Shown: positions 33,231 to 45,352 of the stretch, in pieces
How positions within the stretch are numbered: the stretch's first letter is position 1
Layout: every line of letters starts with the position of its first letter
NCBI GenBank assembly: GCA_963677435.1
Contig: OY781945.1
Location: forward strand, 640,001-704,000
From: an uncultured Aliarcobacter sp.
GTDB lineage: Bacteria; Campylobacterota; Campylobacteria; Campylobacterales; Arcobacteraceae
Reading direction: 5' to 3'
Length of the DNA stretch: 64,000 bases
The notes under the pieces: generated by a model
What the model saw: the letters and a program-made list of their open reading frames with translations, nothing else
What the model was told of the DNA's origin: nothing
Databases searched by the model: none
Made by a program: the position numbers and the translations under genes

Positions 33231-34235
33231 ATGAAAATAGATGATAATTTTTATATGAAATTAGCTATTGATGAAGCATGGAAATATCAGCTTTTAACAT
33301 ACCCAAATCCTGCTGTTGGATGTGTTATTGTAAAAGATGGTAAGTTATTATCAATAGAGGCTCACAAAGAGTCTGGAATGCCACATGCAGAAGTTAATGC
33401 ACTTAAAGCTGCATACTTAATTGAAAATCCAAATTCAATACTAAAAATGAAAAATAGTTCTCAAGATATTCATACTTTTCTTTTAGAAAATCATAATGGA
33501 TATTTTAATGATTGTGAAATTTTTGTAACCCTAGAACCTTGTAATCATATAGGTAAAACGCCATCATGTGCAAATTTATTAAAAGAGATAAAACCAAAAA
33601 GAGTAATTATTGCCCATGAAGATATAAATAAAGTTGCTTCAGGTGGCATAGAAACACTCAAAAGTGTAAATATCGATATTAGTTTAGGATGTATGAAAAA
33701 AGAGGCTTATAATCTTATATATCCATTTATAAAGTGGAGTAGTGGAACATTTATCTTTTATAAAATGGCACAAACTTTAAATGGCTGTATTGATGGAGCA
33801 GTATCTTCTAAGATGAGCCAACTTTATGTTCATACATTAAGAGATAAAGTAGATTTAATGTTAATAGGTGGAAACACAGTAAGAATTGATAAACCAACTC
33901 TTGATGCAAGATATATTGCAGGTCGAGCTCCAAATATTATGATTTACAGTAAAAATAAAATATTTGACAATAATATTCCATTATTTAAAGTACCAAATAG
34001 GCAAGTTTTGATTAGTGATGATTTATTTAAACTACTTGATTACAAGCTTGTAATGGTTGAAGGAGTCTATAATTTAATGAATATTTTAAAAGAAAAAATA
34101 GATTATATTGTATTAATTATTAGTCCAAAAATTAGAAATGGAATTAATGCTTTAAATGATATAGATATGGACTTTGAGATTGTACATGAGAATTATTTAG
34201 GTGAAGAAAAAATTATATATTTAAAGAGAAAATAA
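33231..34235 (+). CDS. ribD: Riboflavin biosynthesis deaminase/reductase
   Basis: PNPAVGC, PHAE, TLEPCNH.GKTPSC, GGNTVRIDKP.L.AR. Confidence 0.95.
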   Translation: MKIDDNFYMKLAIDEAWKYQLLTYPNPAVGCVIVKDGKLLSIEAHKESGMPHAEVNALKAAYLIENPNSILKMKNSSQDIHTFLLENHNGYFNDCEIFVTLEPCNHIGKTPSCANLLKEIKPKRVIIAHEDINKVASGGIETLKSVNIDISLGCMKKEAYNLIYPFIKWSSGTFIFYKMAQTLNGCIDGAVSSKMSQLYVHTLRDKVDLMLIGGNTVRIDKPTLDARYIAGRAPNIMIYSKNKIFDNNIPLFKVPNRQVLISDDLFKLLDYKLVMVEGVYNLMNILKEKIDYIVLIISPKIRNGINALNDIDMDFEIVHENYLGEEKIIYLKRK

Positions 34236-34326
34236 TTTAGATAAATTTTTACAATAGTTAAAATTTTTATTAGTAATATAAGTGCCCAAAAAATTAAGAA
34301 ATCAAATATAATAAAATCTCCTAAAA

Positions 34327-34441
34327 TATAAATATTTATTGATAGAAACAAGAGAGAGGTTTTTTTGAGGAAGGAGCTGACAAGTGTCAGTGACTGAAGA
34401 TAAGAAATCTTTATCGCAGTTTATAGCGATAAAGATTTATA
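34327..34441. repeat. ERIC-like palindromic element (candidate MITE) between convergent ribD and efp
   Basis: TATA termini, imperfect terminal inverted repeats, central AGGAGC-TGAC-AAGT-GTCA-GTGACTG core. Confidence 0.6.
34405..34438 (-). terminator. 13-bp hairpin just after efp stop
   Basis: AAATCTTTATCGC-agtttata-GCGATAAAGATTT. Confidence 0.65.
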
Positions 34442-34444
34442 TTT

Positions 34445-35005
34445 TTATTTTACTTTTTCTAGGTACTCACCAGTTCTTGTGTCACATTTAATAATGTCAC
34501 CTTCAAGAATATGGAAAGGAATTTGTACAACTGCACCTGATTCTAAAGTAGCAGGTTTTCTACCACCTTGAGAGTCACCTTTAAAGTTTGGTGGAGTTTC
34601 TACAATTTTTAATTCAACAACCATTGGAGGCTCAACAGTAATTGCTTTACCATTGTAGTACATCATATCACAAGACATACCATCAATAATCCAATCAAAA
34701 GCATCACCCACTTGATCGTAAGTTAATCCCTCTTGTTCATAAGTTGCATTATCCATGAATTGTAAAAGTTCACCATCATCATATAAAAATTGCATTTGTT
34801 TTTGTTGTAAGTCTGGAACTTCACATTTATCACCAGCATGGAAAGTTTTTTCAATAACTTTTCCATTTAGAAATGATTTAATTTTACATCTAACAAATGC
34901 AGCACCTTTACCAGGTTTTACATGTTGATACTCAGTAATTTTGTAAGGAACACCATCTACTTCGATTTTTAATCCCTTTTTTAATTCACTCATACCAATT
35001 GCCAT
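34445..35005 (-). CDS. efp: Elongation factor P
   Basis: [27 protein letters not shown]. Confidence 0.98.
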   Translation of the reverse strand: MAIGMSELKKGLKIEVDGVPYKITEYQHVKPGKGAAFVRCKIKSFLNGKVIEKTFHAGDKCEVPDLQQKQMQFLYDDGELLQFMDNATYEQEGLTYDQVGDAFDWIIDGMSCDMMYYNGKAITVEPPMVVELKIVETPPNFKGDSQGGRKPATLESGAVVQIPFHILEGDIIKCDTRTGEYLEKVK

Positions 35006-35014
35006 AGTTTCTCC

Positions 35015-36598
35015 TTATATTTCTGCATAAGCAACTGCAATAGCTGCTTCTAAATTATCAAGTTTTTTCAATATATCTGAACTTGGTTTTTCATCAATAA
35101 GAATTACAGCTAATGCTCCATCTTTTCCCCTTGACAATCTAAAGTCAGCAATATTAATTTTATTATCACCTAAGATTCTTCCAACTTCACCAATAACACC
35201 AGGCACATCACTATTTCTCATAATAATCATTTTACCTTTTGGTTCAATGTCTAAAGAAAAACCACTAATTTCAACAATTCTTTGTACATCATCATTGAAT
35301 ACAGTTCCAGATATTGTTTTAACACCTGTAGAAGTTGTTAGTTTAATAGTTACTTTATTTTGGTAGCCACTATTATTTGAAAATTCTGAAGTTGTAAGTT
35401 CAATACCTTTTTCTTTGGCAATAAAGTTAGCATTTACATAGTTAACTTCACTTCCTGAACTAACTGCTAATACACCAACAGTTGCAAATGTTTGTAAAGA
35501 GTCTAAATATTCAGAAATTTTACCTTCAGCAGAAATATTTATAGATCTAATTTCACTTTTACTTATTTGTGCAACTAAAAAAGCCATTTTTTGAGTTAAT
35601 TCAATATATGGTTTTACAAATGGTGGGATTTTACTCTCATCAATTGGTAAATTTAGAGCATTAGGATATGCGATACCTCGTGCAGATTCAATAGCATTAT
35701 TTGCAGCTTGAACTGAGATTTCTCTTTGCGATTCTTTTGTATTTGCACCTAAGTGAGCAGTTACAGTTATATTTGGTAAATCTAACAAAGGATTATTTGT
35801 AGCTGGTTCTTTTATAAATACATCTATACCTGCCATTGCTACTTTTCCAGATTTAAGGTTTTCATATAATGCATCTTCATTATATAATCCACCTCTAGCG
35901 CAATTAATTAAAATAACACCATCTTTCATTCTTGCAATTTCTTCAAAACCTATCATATTGATAGTTTCTTTATTTTTTGGTGTATGAATTGTAATAATAT
36001 CGCATGATAAAATATCTTCAAAATTAGTTGTATATTTAATACCTAAATCAGTTGCTTTAGTTGAAGGAATATATGGATCGTAAGTCATTACATCCATTTC
36101 AAATGATTTAGCTCTTAATGCAACTCTATGTCCAATATTTCCGAAACCTATAACTCCAAGTTTTTTACCATAAAGTTCATTTCCATACCAATCTTCTCTT
36201 TTCCATACTCTATCATTTTTTAATTGATTATGAGCGTATGGAAATTTTCTCATACAAGATAGCATGTGAGTCATAGTTAATTCAACTGCTGCTATTGTGT
36301 TTGCAGTTGGAACATTCATTGCGATTATTCCTCTTTTACTACAACCTTCCATATCAACATTATCATAACCAACACCAGCTCTAATAATTGCTTTTAAATT
36401 AGTAGCTGCATTTAAAAATTTCTCATCAACATCAGTAGATGATCTTGTAATTGCTACTTGAGCATCTTTGATGATATCTAATAGTTCTGTTTTATTTACA
36501 TCTGCTGCATATACATAGTTTACATCTTCAGTATTCTGAAGAATTTGTAAACCAGCTTCATGTATATGATCACAAACTACAATTGTATGTTTCGTCAT
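35015..36598 (-). CDS. serA: D-3-phosphoglycerate dehydrogenase (long form with ACT)
   Basis: RAGVGYDN, GFGNIG, NCARGG, HLGANT, DVPGVIG. Confidence 0.96.
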   Translation of the reverse strand: MTKHTIVVCDHIHEAGLQILQNTEDVNYVYAADVNKTELLDIIKDAQVAITRSSTDVDEKFLNAATNLKAIIRAGVGYDNVDMEGCSKRGIIAMNVPTANTIAAVELTMTHMLSCMRKFPYAHNQLKNDRVWKREDWYGNELYGKKLGVIGFGNIGHRVALRAKSFEMDVMTYDPYIPSTKATDLGIKYTTNFEDILSCDIITIHTPKNKETINMIGFEEIARMKDGVILINCARGGLYNEDALYENLKSGKVAMAGIDVFIKEPATNNPLLDLPNITVTAHLGANTKESQREISVQAANNAIESARGIAYPNALNLPIDESKIPPFVKPYIELTQKMAFLVAQISKSEIRSINISAEGKISEYLDSLQTFATVGVLAVSSGSEVNYVNANFIAKEKGIELTTSEFSNNSGYQNKVTIKLTTSTGVKTISGTVFNDDVQRIVEISGFSLDIEPKGKMIIMRNSDVPGVIGEVGRILGDNKINIADFRLSRGKDGALAVILIDEKPSSDILKKLDNLEAAIAVAYAEI

Positions 36599-36612
36599 TT
36601 AAATAAATCCTA

Positions 36613-38265
36613 TTATTTCATTTGATCTTTTATAATGTCACCTAAAGTCATAGATGAATCATCATTTACAGATTTTAAAACTTCTCTTTCTAATTGTTGC
36701 TCTAATCTTCTAACTGATAATCTAACTCTGTTTTTCTTAGTATCAATATTTACAACAACTGCTTCGATTTCATCACCATTTTTTACTTCATCAGCTTTTA
36801 ATGGACCAAAATCTTCATTTCTAATTAAACCATCAAGATTATTTTCTAATTTGATGAAAATTCCGAAATCTTTAGCATCTTTAACTGTTCCTTTTACAAT
36901 ATCACCAATTTTATAAGCATCTTGGAATTTTTTTGCAGGAGAATCAGCAATTTCTTTAATTGATAATGAGATATTTTCTTTTTCTCTATCAATTTTGATA
37001 ATTTTTACTTCAACTTCATCACCTTTTTTGTAAAGAGTTTTACATTTTGCATTAGGTTCCCATGAAGCTTCTTCATTGTGTAATAAACCATCAACATCAC
37101 CAATGCTAACAAAAGCACCAAAATCAGTTAATGTAGCAATTTTACCTTTAATTACATCTCCAACTTTATGGTCATTAGTGAATTTTGCAAAAGGTTTTTC
37201 TTGAAGATTTTTTAAAGATACTCTTAATCTTTTTTGTTCAATATTTAATTCAATAACTTCAACATTGATTTCTTCACCAATCGTTAAAAGTTCTTTTGGA
37301 TTTTTTAAGTTTTTATTCCATGAAATTTCTGAAATGTGTAATAAACCTTCAATGTCATTTCCTAAATCAACAAATGCACCATAAGATTCAAAATTAGAAA
37401 CAGTTACAGTAATTGTATCTCCAACTTCTAATTCGTCTTTGATTTCTTCCCAAGGATTAGAAAGTGCAGCTTTGATAGATAATGATAAATGTTGTTTTGT
37501 TTTGTCATAAGATAAAACTACAACTGAAACTTCATCACCTTCGTTGTAATAATTTGCAGGATTAACAGGACCTTTGTATGAGATTTCATTGTAGTTTACT
37601 AAACCATCAATTCCACCTAAATCTACAAACATTCCATAAGAAGTAATTTTTTTGATTGTTCCAATAACTGGCTCTTTATTATCTAAGATTTCAGTTACTT
37701 TATTGTCTTTAACCGCTTTTGATTCTTCAATTAATTTTTTTCTTGAAACAATAATTGAATTTTGCGCTTTGTTTACTTTAATAACTTTTGCTTTAACAGT
37801 TTTTCCAACTGCTCCAATAGCTTTTAAGTAAGATTGAGCCATAGGCATGAAATATTCACAACCATCAGCATCTTCGATTATAAAACCACCTCTTTGTTTA
37901 ACAGAAACGATTTTACCTTCAATAGTTACATCTTCTACATTTTCGCCATGAAGTTTTACAAAAGCATCAAATTTTTCTTTTTGTAGAACTTTTTTATGTG
38001 AAATACTTGGTCTTTCACCTCTGCTTCCCATTAACATAACAGGAATTGTGTCACCAACTTTGTACTTAACTTCACCACCAATTGTAATTTCAGAAATATT
38101 TAATTGACCCTCAATTTTTTGACCAACATCAACTAGAACTCTCTCGTTAGAAATTTCTACAATTACACCATCAACTACAGAATTGTTTTCTGCATTCTCA
38201 AAAGACTCATTAAGCATTTGCTCAAAATCAAAGTCTTCACCTAAATCAATATCTTCGATACCCAT
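36613..38265 (-). CDS. rpsA: 30S ribosomal protein S1
   Basis: Repeated S1 domains (YGMFVDLG, YGAFVDLG, FGAFVSIG, FGIFIKL). Confidence 0.97.
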   Translation of the reverse strand: MGIEDIDLGEDFDFEQMLNESFENAENNSVVDGVIVEISNERVLVDVGQKIEGQLNISEITIGGEVKYKVGDTIPVMLMGSRGERPSISHKKVLQKEKFDAFVKLHGENVEDVTIEGKIVSVKQRGGFIIEDADGCEYFMPMAQSYLKAIGAVGKTVKAKVIKVNKAQNSIIVSRKKLIEESKAVKDNKVTEILDNKEPVIGTIKKITSYGMFVDLGGIDGLVNYNEISYKGPVNPANYYNEGDEVSVVVLSYDKTKQHLSLSIKAALSNPWEEIKDELEVGDTITVTVSNFESYGAFVDLGNDIEGLLHISEISWNKNLKNPKELLTIGEEINVEVIELNIEQKRLRVSLKNLQEKPFAKFTNDHKVGDVIKGKIATLTDFGAFVSIGDVDGLLHNEEASWEPNAKCKTLYKKGDEVEVKIIKIDREKENISLSIKEIADSPAKKFQDAYKIGDIVKGTVKDAKDFGIFIKLENNLDGLIRNEDFGPLKADEVKNGDEIEAVVVNIDTKKNRVRLSVRRLEQQLEREVLKSVNDDSSMTLGDIIKDQMK

Positions 38266-38332
38266 TTTATTCCTTCATATTTACCAGTTTTATTAAATGG
38301 GAAGATTATACAGAAAATTGACTTAAAAACTC

Positions 38333-39169
38333 TTAGTTAAATGATTCTATTTTGTCTATAACTTGTTGTATTATCCAGTCAGGAGTACTAGCACCGGCGG
38401 TTACACCACATAATGTTTTTTTATTAAACCAAATATTTTCTAGTTCAGTTTCATTTTCTATTAGGTAAGAATCTGGACAATTTTCTAAGCAAATAGAGTG
38501 TAATTGTTTTGTATTTGATGAGTTTTTACCACCAATTACAATCATAATATCAACCTCTTTTGAGAGATCTCTTGCTGCATCTTGGTTCTCAAATGTTGCA
38601 TCACAAATTGTATTAAAAACTCTAACTTCTTTATTTTTTAAGATTAAAGTATTAACAATCTCAAGATATTTTTCTTTCTTTTTAGTTGTTTGTGCAACGG
38701 TTGCAATTTTATTTTGTCTAAATACAATATTATCTAAATCTGATGGTTCTAAAATAATATGAACATCTTCTTGCTTCTCACCATAAGATTGCACACCTTT
38801 TACTTCAGGATGATCAGCATCTCCAAAAATAAGTATAGAATATCCCTCATTAGACATTTTTTTTACTATTTGTTGTGGTGTTGTAACAAATGGACAAGTT
38901 GCATTAATAACTTTAGCATTTAGTTTTCTTAAATTTTTTAAGTCATTTTTTGGAATACCGTGAGTTCTAATAATTACAGTATCATTCTCTTTTACATCAC
39001 TTAAATTATTGTATAAACCTACATTAAAATCATTTTGTAATCTATTTATTTCATCTTGGTTGTGAATAAGTGGACCCATTGTTGCAGAGTTTTTATAATC
39101 TTCTGCAATTTTAATTGCTCTTTTTACACCAAAACAAAAACCATAATTTGATGCTAATTTTACTTTCAT
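38333..39169 (-). CDS. ispH: HMBPP reductase
   Basis: GFCFGVKRA, IIRTHG, ATCPFV, HPEV, TICDAT, SSNT, AGASTP. Confidence 0.97.
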   Translation of the reverse strand: MKVKLASNYGFCFGVKRAIKIAEDYKNSATMGPLIHNQDEINRLQNDFNVGLYNNLSDVKENDTVIIRTHGIPKNDLKNLRKLNAKVINATCPFVTTPQQIVKKMSNEGYSILIFGDADHPEVKGVQSYGEKQEDVHIILEPSDLDNIVFRQNKIATVAQTTKKKEKYLEIVNTLILKNKEVRVFNTICDATFENQDAARDLSKEVDIMIVIGGKNSSNTKQLHSICLENCPDSYLIENETELENIWFNKKTLCGVTAGASTPDWIIQQVIDKIESFN

Positions 39170-39284
39170 TTATTATCCTTAAAATTGTCCCAATTTTAAG
39201 GGACCTACATTTATCTACTTCTTTTAACACGTTGGCAAAGCCACTTTTAAAGAAGAAAACCTTAAAGGGAACAATGAATTGTTC

Positions 39285-40562
39285 CTAGTATAAAGAGTCT
39301 AGAAGTTCTTTAAAATTTGGGAAAGATGTTTCAATACATTGTACATCTTCAATTTCCATATCACTATGAAGTCCAGCTATTGCAAAACTCATTGCAATTC
39401 GATGGTCACCGTGAGAATTTATTGTTGCTTTTTGTATTGTTCCACCAATTATTTCATATCCATCTTCAAATTCTGTATAAATAACTCCACAAAGTTTTAA
39501 GTTATTTACTACACTTGAAATTCTATCACTCTCTTTAACTCTTAACTCTTTTGCATTTGAAACTTTTGATTTTCCATTTGCTAAACTCATTGCAATTGAT
39601 AAGGCTGGTAATTCATCAATAAGCCATGATATATTTTCACTAACAACAACTCCATTTAATTTATTATTAATTACTTCAATGTCACCAATTGGTTCATAGA
39701 TATTTTCTTTTTCAATAAAGTTTACAATTACACCCATTCTTTTTAAAACTTGATAAGCTTCAATTCTTGTTGGATTTAAAGTTACATTTTTAATAAGAAC
39801 TCTTGAGTCTTTTGTAATTGCAGCTGCAAGTGCAAAGAAAAATGCTGATGAAGGATCTGTTGGAACAGTTATATTAAGAGGTTTTAAATGCCCTGTTAAT
39901 GGATGAATATTAATAAATCCATCACTATCATTTTCAAGTTTGGCACCCATTCCTTTTAGCATTCGTTCTGTGTGATCTCGAGTTAATTCATTCTCTTTAT
40001 ATTTTGATATTCCATTTGCTCTAAGAGCTGCTAGAATCATTGCAGATTTAACTTGGGCTGAATCAACTGGTGAGTGATAAGTAAATGGTTGTAACTCTTT
40101 TACCCCTCTAATAAATAAAGGTGCTTTATTTCCATTTTCTCTTCCATCTATTAGTGCGCCAATACTTCTTAGTGGATCAGCAACCCTTTTCATTGGTCTA
40201 TTTCTTAGATACCTATCACCTGTTAGTGTAAATGCACCATCAACACTAGCTAATAATCCACAAAATAGTCTCATTGCAGTTCCAGAGTTTCCACAATCAA
40301 GAACATCAGAAGGCTCGCTTAGAGTTGGAGTTGGTGTGATTTCAACGCTTGATCCATCTCTTTTAATTATTGCACCTAATTGTTGAACAATACTTAAAGT
40401 ATTTAGTGTATCTTCAGCTGTTAAATAGTTTTTTATATATGAAGTTTGGTTTGAAAAAAGTGAAAACATTGCACATCTATGAGATATTGATTTGTCACTT
40501 GCAATTGAATCTATTTCTACATTAAATGCTTTTGTCAATTTTTTTATACTAAATTTTTCCAC
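39285..40562 (-). CDS. aroA: EPSP synthase
   Basis: [41 protein letters not shown]. Confidence 0.97.
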   Translation of the reverse strand: MEKFSIKKLTKAFNVEIDSIASDKSISHRCAMFSLFSNQTSYIKNYLTAEDTLNTLSIVQQLGAIIKRDGSSVEITPTPTLSEPSDVLDCGNSGTAMRLFCGLLASVDGAFTLTGDRYLRNRPMKRVADPLRSIGALIDGRENGNKAPLFIRGVKELQPFTYHSPVDSAQVKSAMILAALRANGISKYKENELTRDHTERMLKGMGAKLENDSDGFINIHPLTGHLKPLNITVPTDPSSAFFFALAAAITKDSRVLIKNVTLNPTRIEAYQVLKRMGVIVNFIEKENIYEPIGDIEVINNKLNGVVVSENISWLIDELPALSIAMSLANGKSKVSNAKELRVKESDRISSVVNNLKLCGVIYTEFEDGYEIIGGTIQKATINSHGDHRIAMSFAIAGLHSDMEIEDVQCIETSFPNFKELLDSLY

Positions 40563-40577
40563 TTTTTTCCCTTTTGA

Positions 40578-42899
40578 TTATTGTCTTAAACCAATTGATA
40601 ACTCTTTATTAAGTACATCTAAAATTGAGTTCATTGTTGTCGTAATATCTTCTTCTTCCATAGTTTTTTCATCATTTTGTAAAACAAATCTAATTGTTAG
40701 ACTCTCATTTTCTCCAAGTTTCTCATCATTATAAATATCAATTAGGTTAAATTGTTTAATATTTAAATTATTTAAAGAATTAATTGCTTTTTTAATCTCT
40801 TTATATTCTAAAGATTTTGGAGTAATAATAGTTAAATCTTTTTTTGATGACTGGAATTTTGAATATGAAGTTGTTTTTACAAGTTCATTTTTGATTGATT
40901 CAAAATCTATTTCAGCAACAAATGTATCATTTAAATCAAAATCAGCACAAACACTTGGATGTAATTTACAAATAAATCCTACAACTTTCCCATCTATTAA
41001 TACATTTGCATTTTGGAAAGGATGTATAAACATATTATCAATATTTGTCATTGGCTCTAAATCAAATTTTCCAACTGTATTTAATATTTTTTTAGAAAAA
41101 GAAAAGAAGTCAATATTTTTTGGTTTTCCAGCATTTGAGAAATCTTCTAATTCAGCAGAGCCTGTTTGAATAAATGATATTTTCTTACTCTCAACTCTGT
41201 TTTCATCAAATATTGTTCCAATTTCAAAAAATGCACTAGATCTTACACCAACTTTAAAGTTGTTAGAACAAGCTTCTACTAAATTTAAAAGCATAGTTGT
41301 TCTATAAGTATTTAACTCTTTTACTATAGGATTTATTAATTCTAATTCATCTTTAACAGTTTTAAAACCATATTTCTCTAAATTTTCTTTTGATGAAAAT
41401 ACATAAGTTAAAGTTTCATAAAAACCATTTTCAATAGCTTTAAATCTTAATCTATTTTTTTTGATTATGTCATTTGAAGTTTTATTAACTCTATTTACTT
41501 CATCAATTTGTAAAGGTTTTGCAATAATATTATCTATTCCGATTATTCTAACAATTTCTTCTGTAATATCTGCAATATTTTTTATATCATGTCTAAAATG
41601 AGGTACTTTTGCAACTAAAATACCACCCATATCTTTTACTTCAAAACCTAAAGAAACAAGAATTTTTTCAATAGTGATTTTTGGTATTTCTTGACCAATA
41701 ATTGAATTTACTTTATTGATATTAACATCAAGTGTTAATTTTTCTTTATCATCAATAAAAGTTTCAACACCTTTATAAACTAATGCTCCAAATTTAGAAA
41801 CTAAATTAGAAAAATAATCAATACCATATTCAATATTTGGTTCACTACCTCTTGAAGATTTGTAAAAAACTTCTCCTGTTTTTACTTTTGTATCAAAAAC
41901 TCTTTTTGAAATTAACTCTGGATTTACATACGAAGCTTCAATAATTAAATCTGTTTCATTAAATTCTATATCTTTATATTCAACACAGATTTTACTTAGT
42001 TGTTCACTTCCATAAATATTATCAAAACCTAATTCATCTTTTTTTACATGTAAAACATTAAGATTATTATTTTTAATAGTTTTTTCTTTTGTATAAGCAT
42101 TTAAAATTACACCAGTTGCTTGAGTAGCATAATTTAAAATATTTTTAACATCAGCGTTATCTTTATATTTACCAATTATTCCAGTTCTTAATTTTTGTAA
42201 AACATTTAATTTGAAATTTGAAAAATCAACTATTTTAAAAGATAAAGATGAGTCAATATTACTATCGCACTCAATTTCTAAAAACTGACCAATTCCTAAA
42301 TCATTATATTTAATTTGTTTGTCACATTCTAGTAAAGGAATATTATAATATGCACTTAGTTCTCTAGCAATTCCATTTATACTTAAACAATCACTTCTAT
42401 TAGCAGTTAATCCAATTTCAATAACATCATCACATACTTTTGGATATTCTCTTAACTCTTTTCCTAAAATTAATTCTCCAATAGAGTTATCTAGTTCTAA
42501 GATTCCATCATTTAATTTTGTAAGTCCAAGTTCAGTTGATGAACAAATCATTCCATTTGATTGTTCACCTCTTAATTTTGCTTCTTTAATAATAAAATTA
42601 TTTCCCATATCACAACCAACAGTTGCAACTGGAACAAATTGTCCTGCATCTACATTTTTAGCACCACAAACAATTTGAACAACTTGAGTTCCTAAATCAA
42701 CTTGACAAATATTTAATTTATCAGCATCGGGATGTTTCTTTTTTTCTAAAACTTTTCCAATAATTACTTTTGGAACAATTGTAATTTTTTCTAAACTATC
42801 AACTTCAAGACCAATCGAATTAAGTGTTTTACAAATTTCATCCGTAGAAATTTTTGAGATATCAATAAATTCTTCTAACCATGTTCTAGTAATTATCAT
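40578..42899 (-). CDS. pheT: Phenylalanyl-tRNA synthetase beta subunit
   Basis: HPDADKL, IVCGAKN, NRSDCLS, FRHDI, C-terminal FDX-ACB. Confidence 0.96.
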   Translation of the reverse strand: MIITRTWLEEFIDISKISTDEICKTLNSIGLEVDSLEKITIVPKVIIGKVLEKKKHPDADKLNICQVDLGTQVVQIVCGAKNVDAGQFVPVATVGCDMGNNFIIKEAKLRGEQSNGMICSSTELGLTKLNDGILELDNSIGELILGKELREYPKVCDDVIEIGLTANRSDCLSINGIARELSAYYNIPLLECDKQIKYNDLGIGQFLEIECDSNIDSSLSFKIVDFSNFKLNVLQKLRTGIIGKYKDNADVKNILNYATQATGVILNAYTKEKTIKNNNLNVLHVKKDELGFDNIYGSEQLSKICVEYKDIEFNETDLIIEASYVNPELISKRVFDTKVKTGEVFYKSSRGSEPNIEYGIDYFSNLVSKFGALVYKGVETFIDDKEKLTLDVNINKVNSIIGQEIPKITIEKILVSLGFEVKDMGGILVAKVPHFRHDIKNIADITEEIVRIIGIDNIIAKPLQIDEVNRVNKTSNDIIKKNRLRFKAIENGFYETLTYVFSSKENLEKYGFKTVKDELELINPIVKELNTYRTTMLLNLVEACSNNFKVGVRSSAFFEIGTIFDENRVESKKISFIQTGSAELEDFSNAGKPKNIDFFSFSKKILNTVGKFDLEPMTNIDNMFIHPFQNANVLIDGKVVGFICKLHPSVCADFDLNDTFVAEIDFESIKNELVKTTSYSKFQSSKKDLTIITPKSLEYKEIKKAINSLNNLNIKQFNLIDIYNDEKLGENESLTIRFVLQNDEKTMEEEDITTTMNSILDVLNKELSIGLRQ

Positions 42900-43888
42900 T
42901 TGAATTGTCCTAATAGTCTTGTATCACTTTCAAATAGTGATCGTAAATCTCCAATGTTATGAATTAGCATTGCGAATCTCTCAACACCTAATCCAAAAGC
43001 ATATCCAGATTTGTTTTCATAACCAACTGCTTTAAATACATTTTGATCAACAACTCCACAACCTAAAACTTCAAGCCATCCTGTTTGTGAACAAACTCTA
43101 CATCCTTCACCTTTACAAAATACACATGATATGTCAACTTCTGCTGATGGTTCAGTAAATGGGAAAAATGAAGGTCTAAATCTAACTTCAACATCACCAA
43201 ACATATGGTGTAAAAACTCAACTAAAACATGTTTTAAATTAGCAAATGAAACTTTATCCGCTTCATCAACAACTAATGCTTCAATTTGATGAAACATAGG
43301 AGTGTGTGTAATATCAAAATCTCTTCTAAACACTGTTCCAGGTGCTATCATTCTAATAGGTGTTTTTTGACTTAACATAGTTCTAATTTGAACAGGAGAT
43401 GTATGCGTTCTTAATAATGTATAATCTTTATTATAAAAAGTATCTTGCATATCACGAGCTGGATGATATTTTGGAAGATTTAGTGCTTCAAAATTATGGA
43501 AATCATCTTCTACTAAAGGACCCTCTTCAACAGCAAAATTTAAATTTTGAAAATATGTAATTATTCTATCCATTGTTTCAACTACTGGATGAGTAGCTCC
43601 ACATGTTAGTTCATTATTAAATCTTGTTACATCAATTTTTTCATTTTCTAGCTTTTTATTTAAAGCCTCTTTTTCTAAAATTACTTTTTTTGATTCTAAA
43701 GCATTTGTAACTAGTTCTTTTTGTTTATTTAAATTTTCAGCAAAAGCTTTTTTTTCTTCATTTGGAACACTCTTCATTTTAGCAAATTCTAAAGTTAAAA
43801 TACCTTTTTTACCTAAAGTATCAATTCTAAGATTTTCTAATTCTTCAAGTGAAGCTGCATTGGTTATTTTTTCAATCCACTGTGTCAC
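42896..43888 (-). CDS. pheS: Phenylalanyl-tRNA synthetase alpha subunit
   Basis: [31 protein letters not shown]. Confidence 0.98.
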   Translation of the reverse strand: MTQWIEKITNAASLEELENLRIDTLGKKGILTLEFAKMKSVPNEEKKAFAENLNKQKELVTNALESKKVILEKEALNKKLENEKIDVTRFNNELTCGATHPVVETMDRIITYFQNLNFAVEEGPLVEDDFHNFEALNLPKYHPARDMQDTFYNKDYTLLRTHTSPVQIRTMLSQKTPIRMIAPGTVFRRDFDITHTPMFHQIEALVVDEADKVSFANLKHVLVEFLHHMFGDVEVRFRPSFFPFTEPSAEVDISCVFCKGEGCRVCSQTGWLEVLGCGVVDQNVFKAVGYENKSGYAFGLGVERFAMLIHNIGDLRSLFESDTRLLGQFK

Positions 43889-44017
43889 TTTTTTCTCCCT
43901 AATTTGTAAATAATTATCTTGGATTTAAATTATTTGTATCTGTATTTTTGGGATTATACTTAAAGATTTATTAGAGTTTGGTTATAATATTTTACTATTT
44001 AATTTCAAGGAAAAATA

Positions 44018-44347
44018 ATGTGTATATTCTGTAAGATTGTAAAAGGTGAGATACCAAATCAAACTATTTTAGAAGACGAAAATTTTTTAGCATTTAATGA
44101 TATTAATCCTACTAGAAAAATTCATGTATTAATTATTCCAAAAGAGCATTATGATTCTTTTGATGTAGTACCTTCAAATATTATGGCTGATATGACTACT
44201 TTTATTCAAAAAGTTGCAGCTAAATTAGATATAAAACAAAGTGGTTATAGATTAATCACAAATATTGGAGATCATGGTGGACAAGAAGTTCATCATTTAC
44301 ATTTTCATTTAATTGGTGGAGAGCCAGTCGGTAGATTAGTTAGATAA
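44018..44347 (+). CDS. HIT-family nucleotide-binding protein (HinT-like)
   Basis: CIFCKI, HVLIIPK, GQEVHHLHFH. Confidence 0.93.
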   Translation: MCIFCKIVKGEIPNQTILEDENFLAFNDINPTRKIHVLIIPKEHYDSFDVVPSNIMADMTTFIQKVAAKLDIKQSGYRLITNIGDHGGQEVHHLHFHLIGGEPVGRLVR

Positions 44348-44365
44348 GAAGTTTACTTCTTATCT
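44342..44365. terminator. Hairpin between convergent HIT and accA
   Basis: AGATAAGAAG-ttta-CTTCTTATCT. Confidence 0.7.
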
Positions 44366-44371
44366 TTGAGA

Positions 44372-45310
44372 TTATTTTTCTAAAAAAGAACCTAAGTTCA
44401 TGATTTTTTCATATTTTTTGTTAGATCTTTCTTCCTGAGTTAATTTTTTTAACTCAGTTAGAGAGTTTAGAAAATATTCTTTTAAAGCTAGAATAGCCTC
44501 TTCTTTTTTTCTATGTGCACCAATTAATGGTTCATTTATTACATCATCAATTAAATTTAATTCTTTTAAGTTTTCAGCTGTAATTTTTAATGCATTTGCA
44601 GCAGTTTCAACTTTTGAAGGATCATTCCATAATATAGCACTACAACCTTCTGGTGAAATAACAGCATAAACAGAATATCTCATCATAGCTAGTTTATCAG
44701 CAACTGAAATTGCTAATGCACCACCTGAACCACCTTCTCCAATTACAACAGAAACAGTAGGAGTTGTTAAGTCAGCAAATTCATATAAATTTCTTGCAAT
44801 TGCTTCACTTTGAGATCTTTCTTCTGCTCCAATTCCTGGATATGCACCTGGAGTATCAACTAACATAAGTATTGGAATTTGGAACTTTTCAGCCATTTTA
44901 GCTGCTCTTAATGCTTTTCTATAACCTTCAGGATTTGGCATCCCGAAATTTCTGAAAAGTTTATCTTTTGTTCCTCTTCCTTTTTGCTCGCCAATTACTA
45001 ATACTTTTTCATTATCAATGTATCCAAGATAACATACAATTGCATGGTCATCAACATAATGTCTGTCACCATGAATCTCATAAGCATTTGTTAGTAAACC
45101 ATTTATATAATCTAATGAATAAGGTCTATCTGGGTGACGAGCAAGTTGTAGTTTTTGATAATCACTTAAGTTTTTAAAAGTTTTTTCAACTTCTTTTTCT
45201 AATTTTTTTTCTAAAATATCAACAGCATGTTCATCTGCTTTAGTTTTAGCTATTATAATATCATCTTCAATTTTCTTGATTTTATCTTCAAATTCTAGGT
45301 AAGCTGCCAA
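44372..45310 (-). CDS. accA: Acetyl-CoA carboxylase carboxyltransferase alpha
   Basis: [42 protein letters not shown]. Confidence 0.97.
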   Translation of the reverse strand: MAAYLEFEDKIKKIEDDIIIAKTKADEHAVDILEKKLEKEVEKTFKNLSDYQKLQLARHPDRPYSLDYINGLLTNAYEIHGDRHYVDDHAIVCYLGYIDNEKVLVIGEQKGRGTKDKLFRNFGMPNPEGYRKALRAAKMAEKFQIPILMLVDTPGAYPGIGAEERSQSEAIARNLYEFADLTTPTVSVVIGEGGSGGALAISVADKLAMMRYSVYAVISPEGCSAILWNDPSKVETAANALKITAENLKELNLIDDVINEPLIGAHRKKEEAILALKEYFLNSLTELKKLTQEERSNKKYEKIMNLGSFLEK

Positions 45311-45322
45311 TTTTTTCCCTTT

Positions 45323-45352
45323 AAAAAAAAAAGAGATAATGAAAATTATCTC
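45323..45352 (-). terminator. Terminator-like hairpin between fabF and accA
   Basis: GAGATAAT-gaaa-ATTATCTC with a 10-nt A-run (U-tract on minus strand). Confidence 0.65.

Noticed and set aside
43889..44017. pheM leader peptide or T-box upstream of pheS
   Set aside because: Short divergent spacer with only -10 boxes; no RBS-preceded Phe-rich ORF or T-box motif seen
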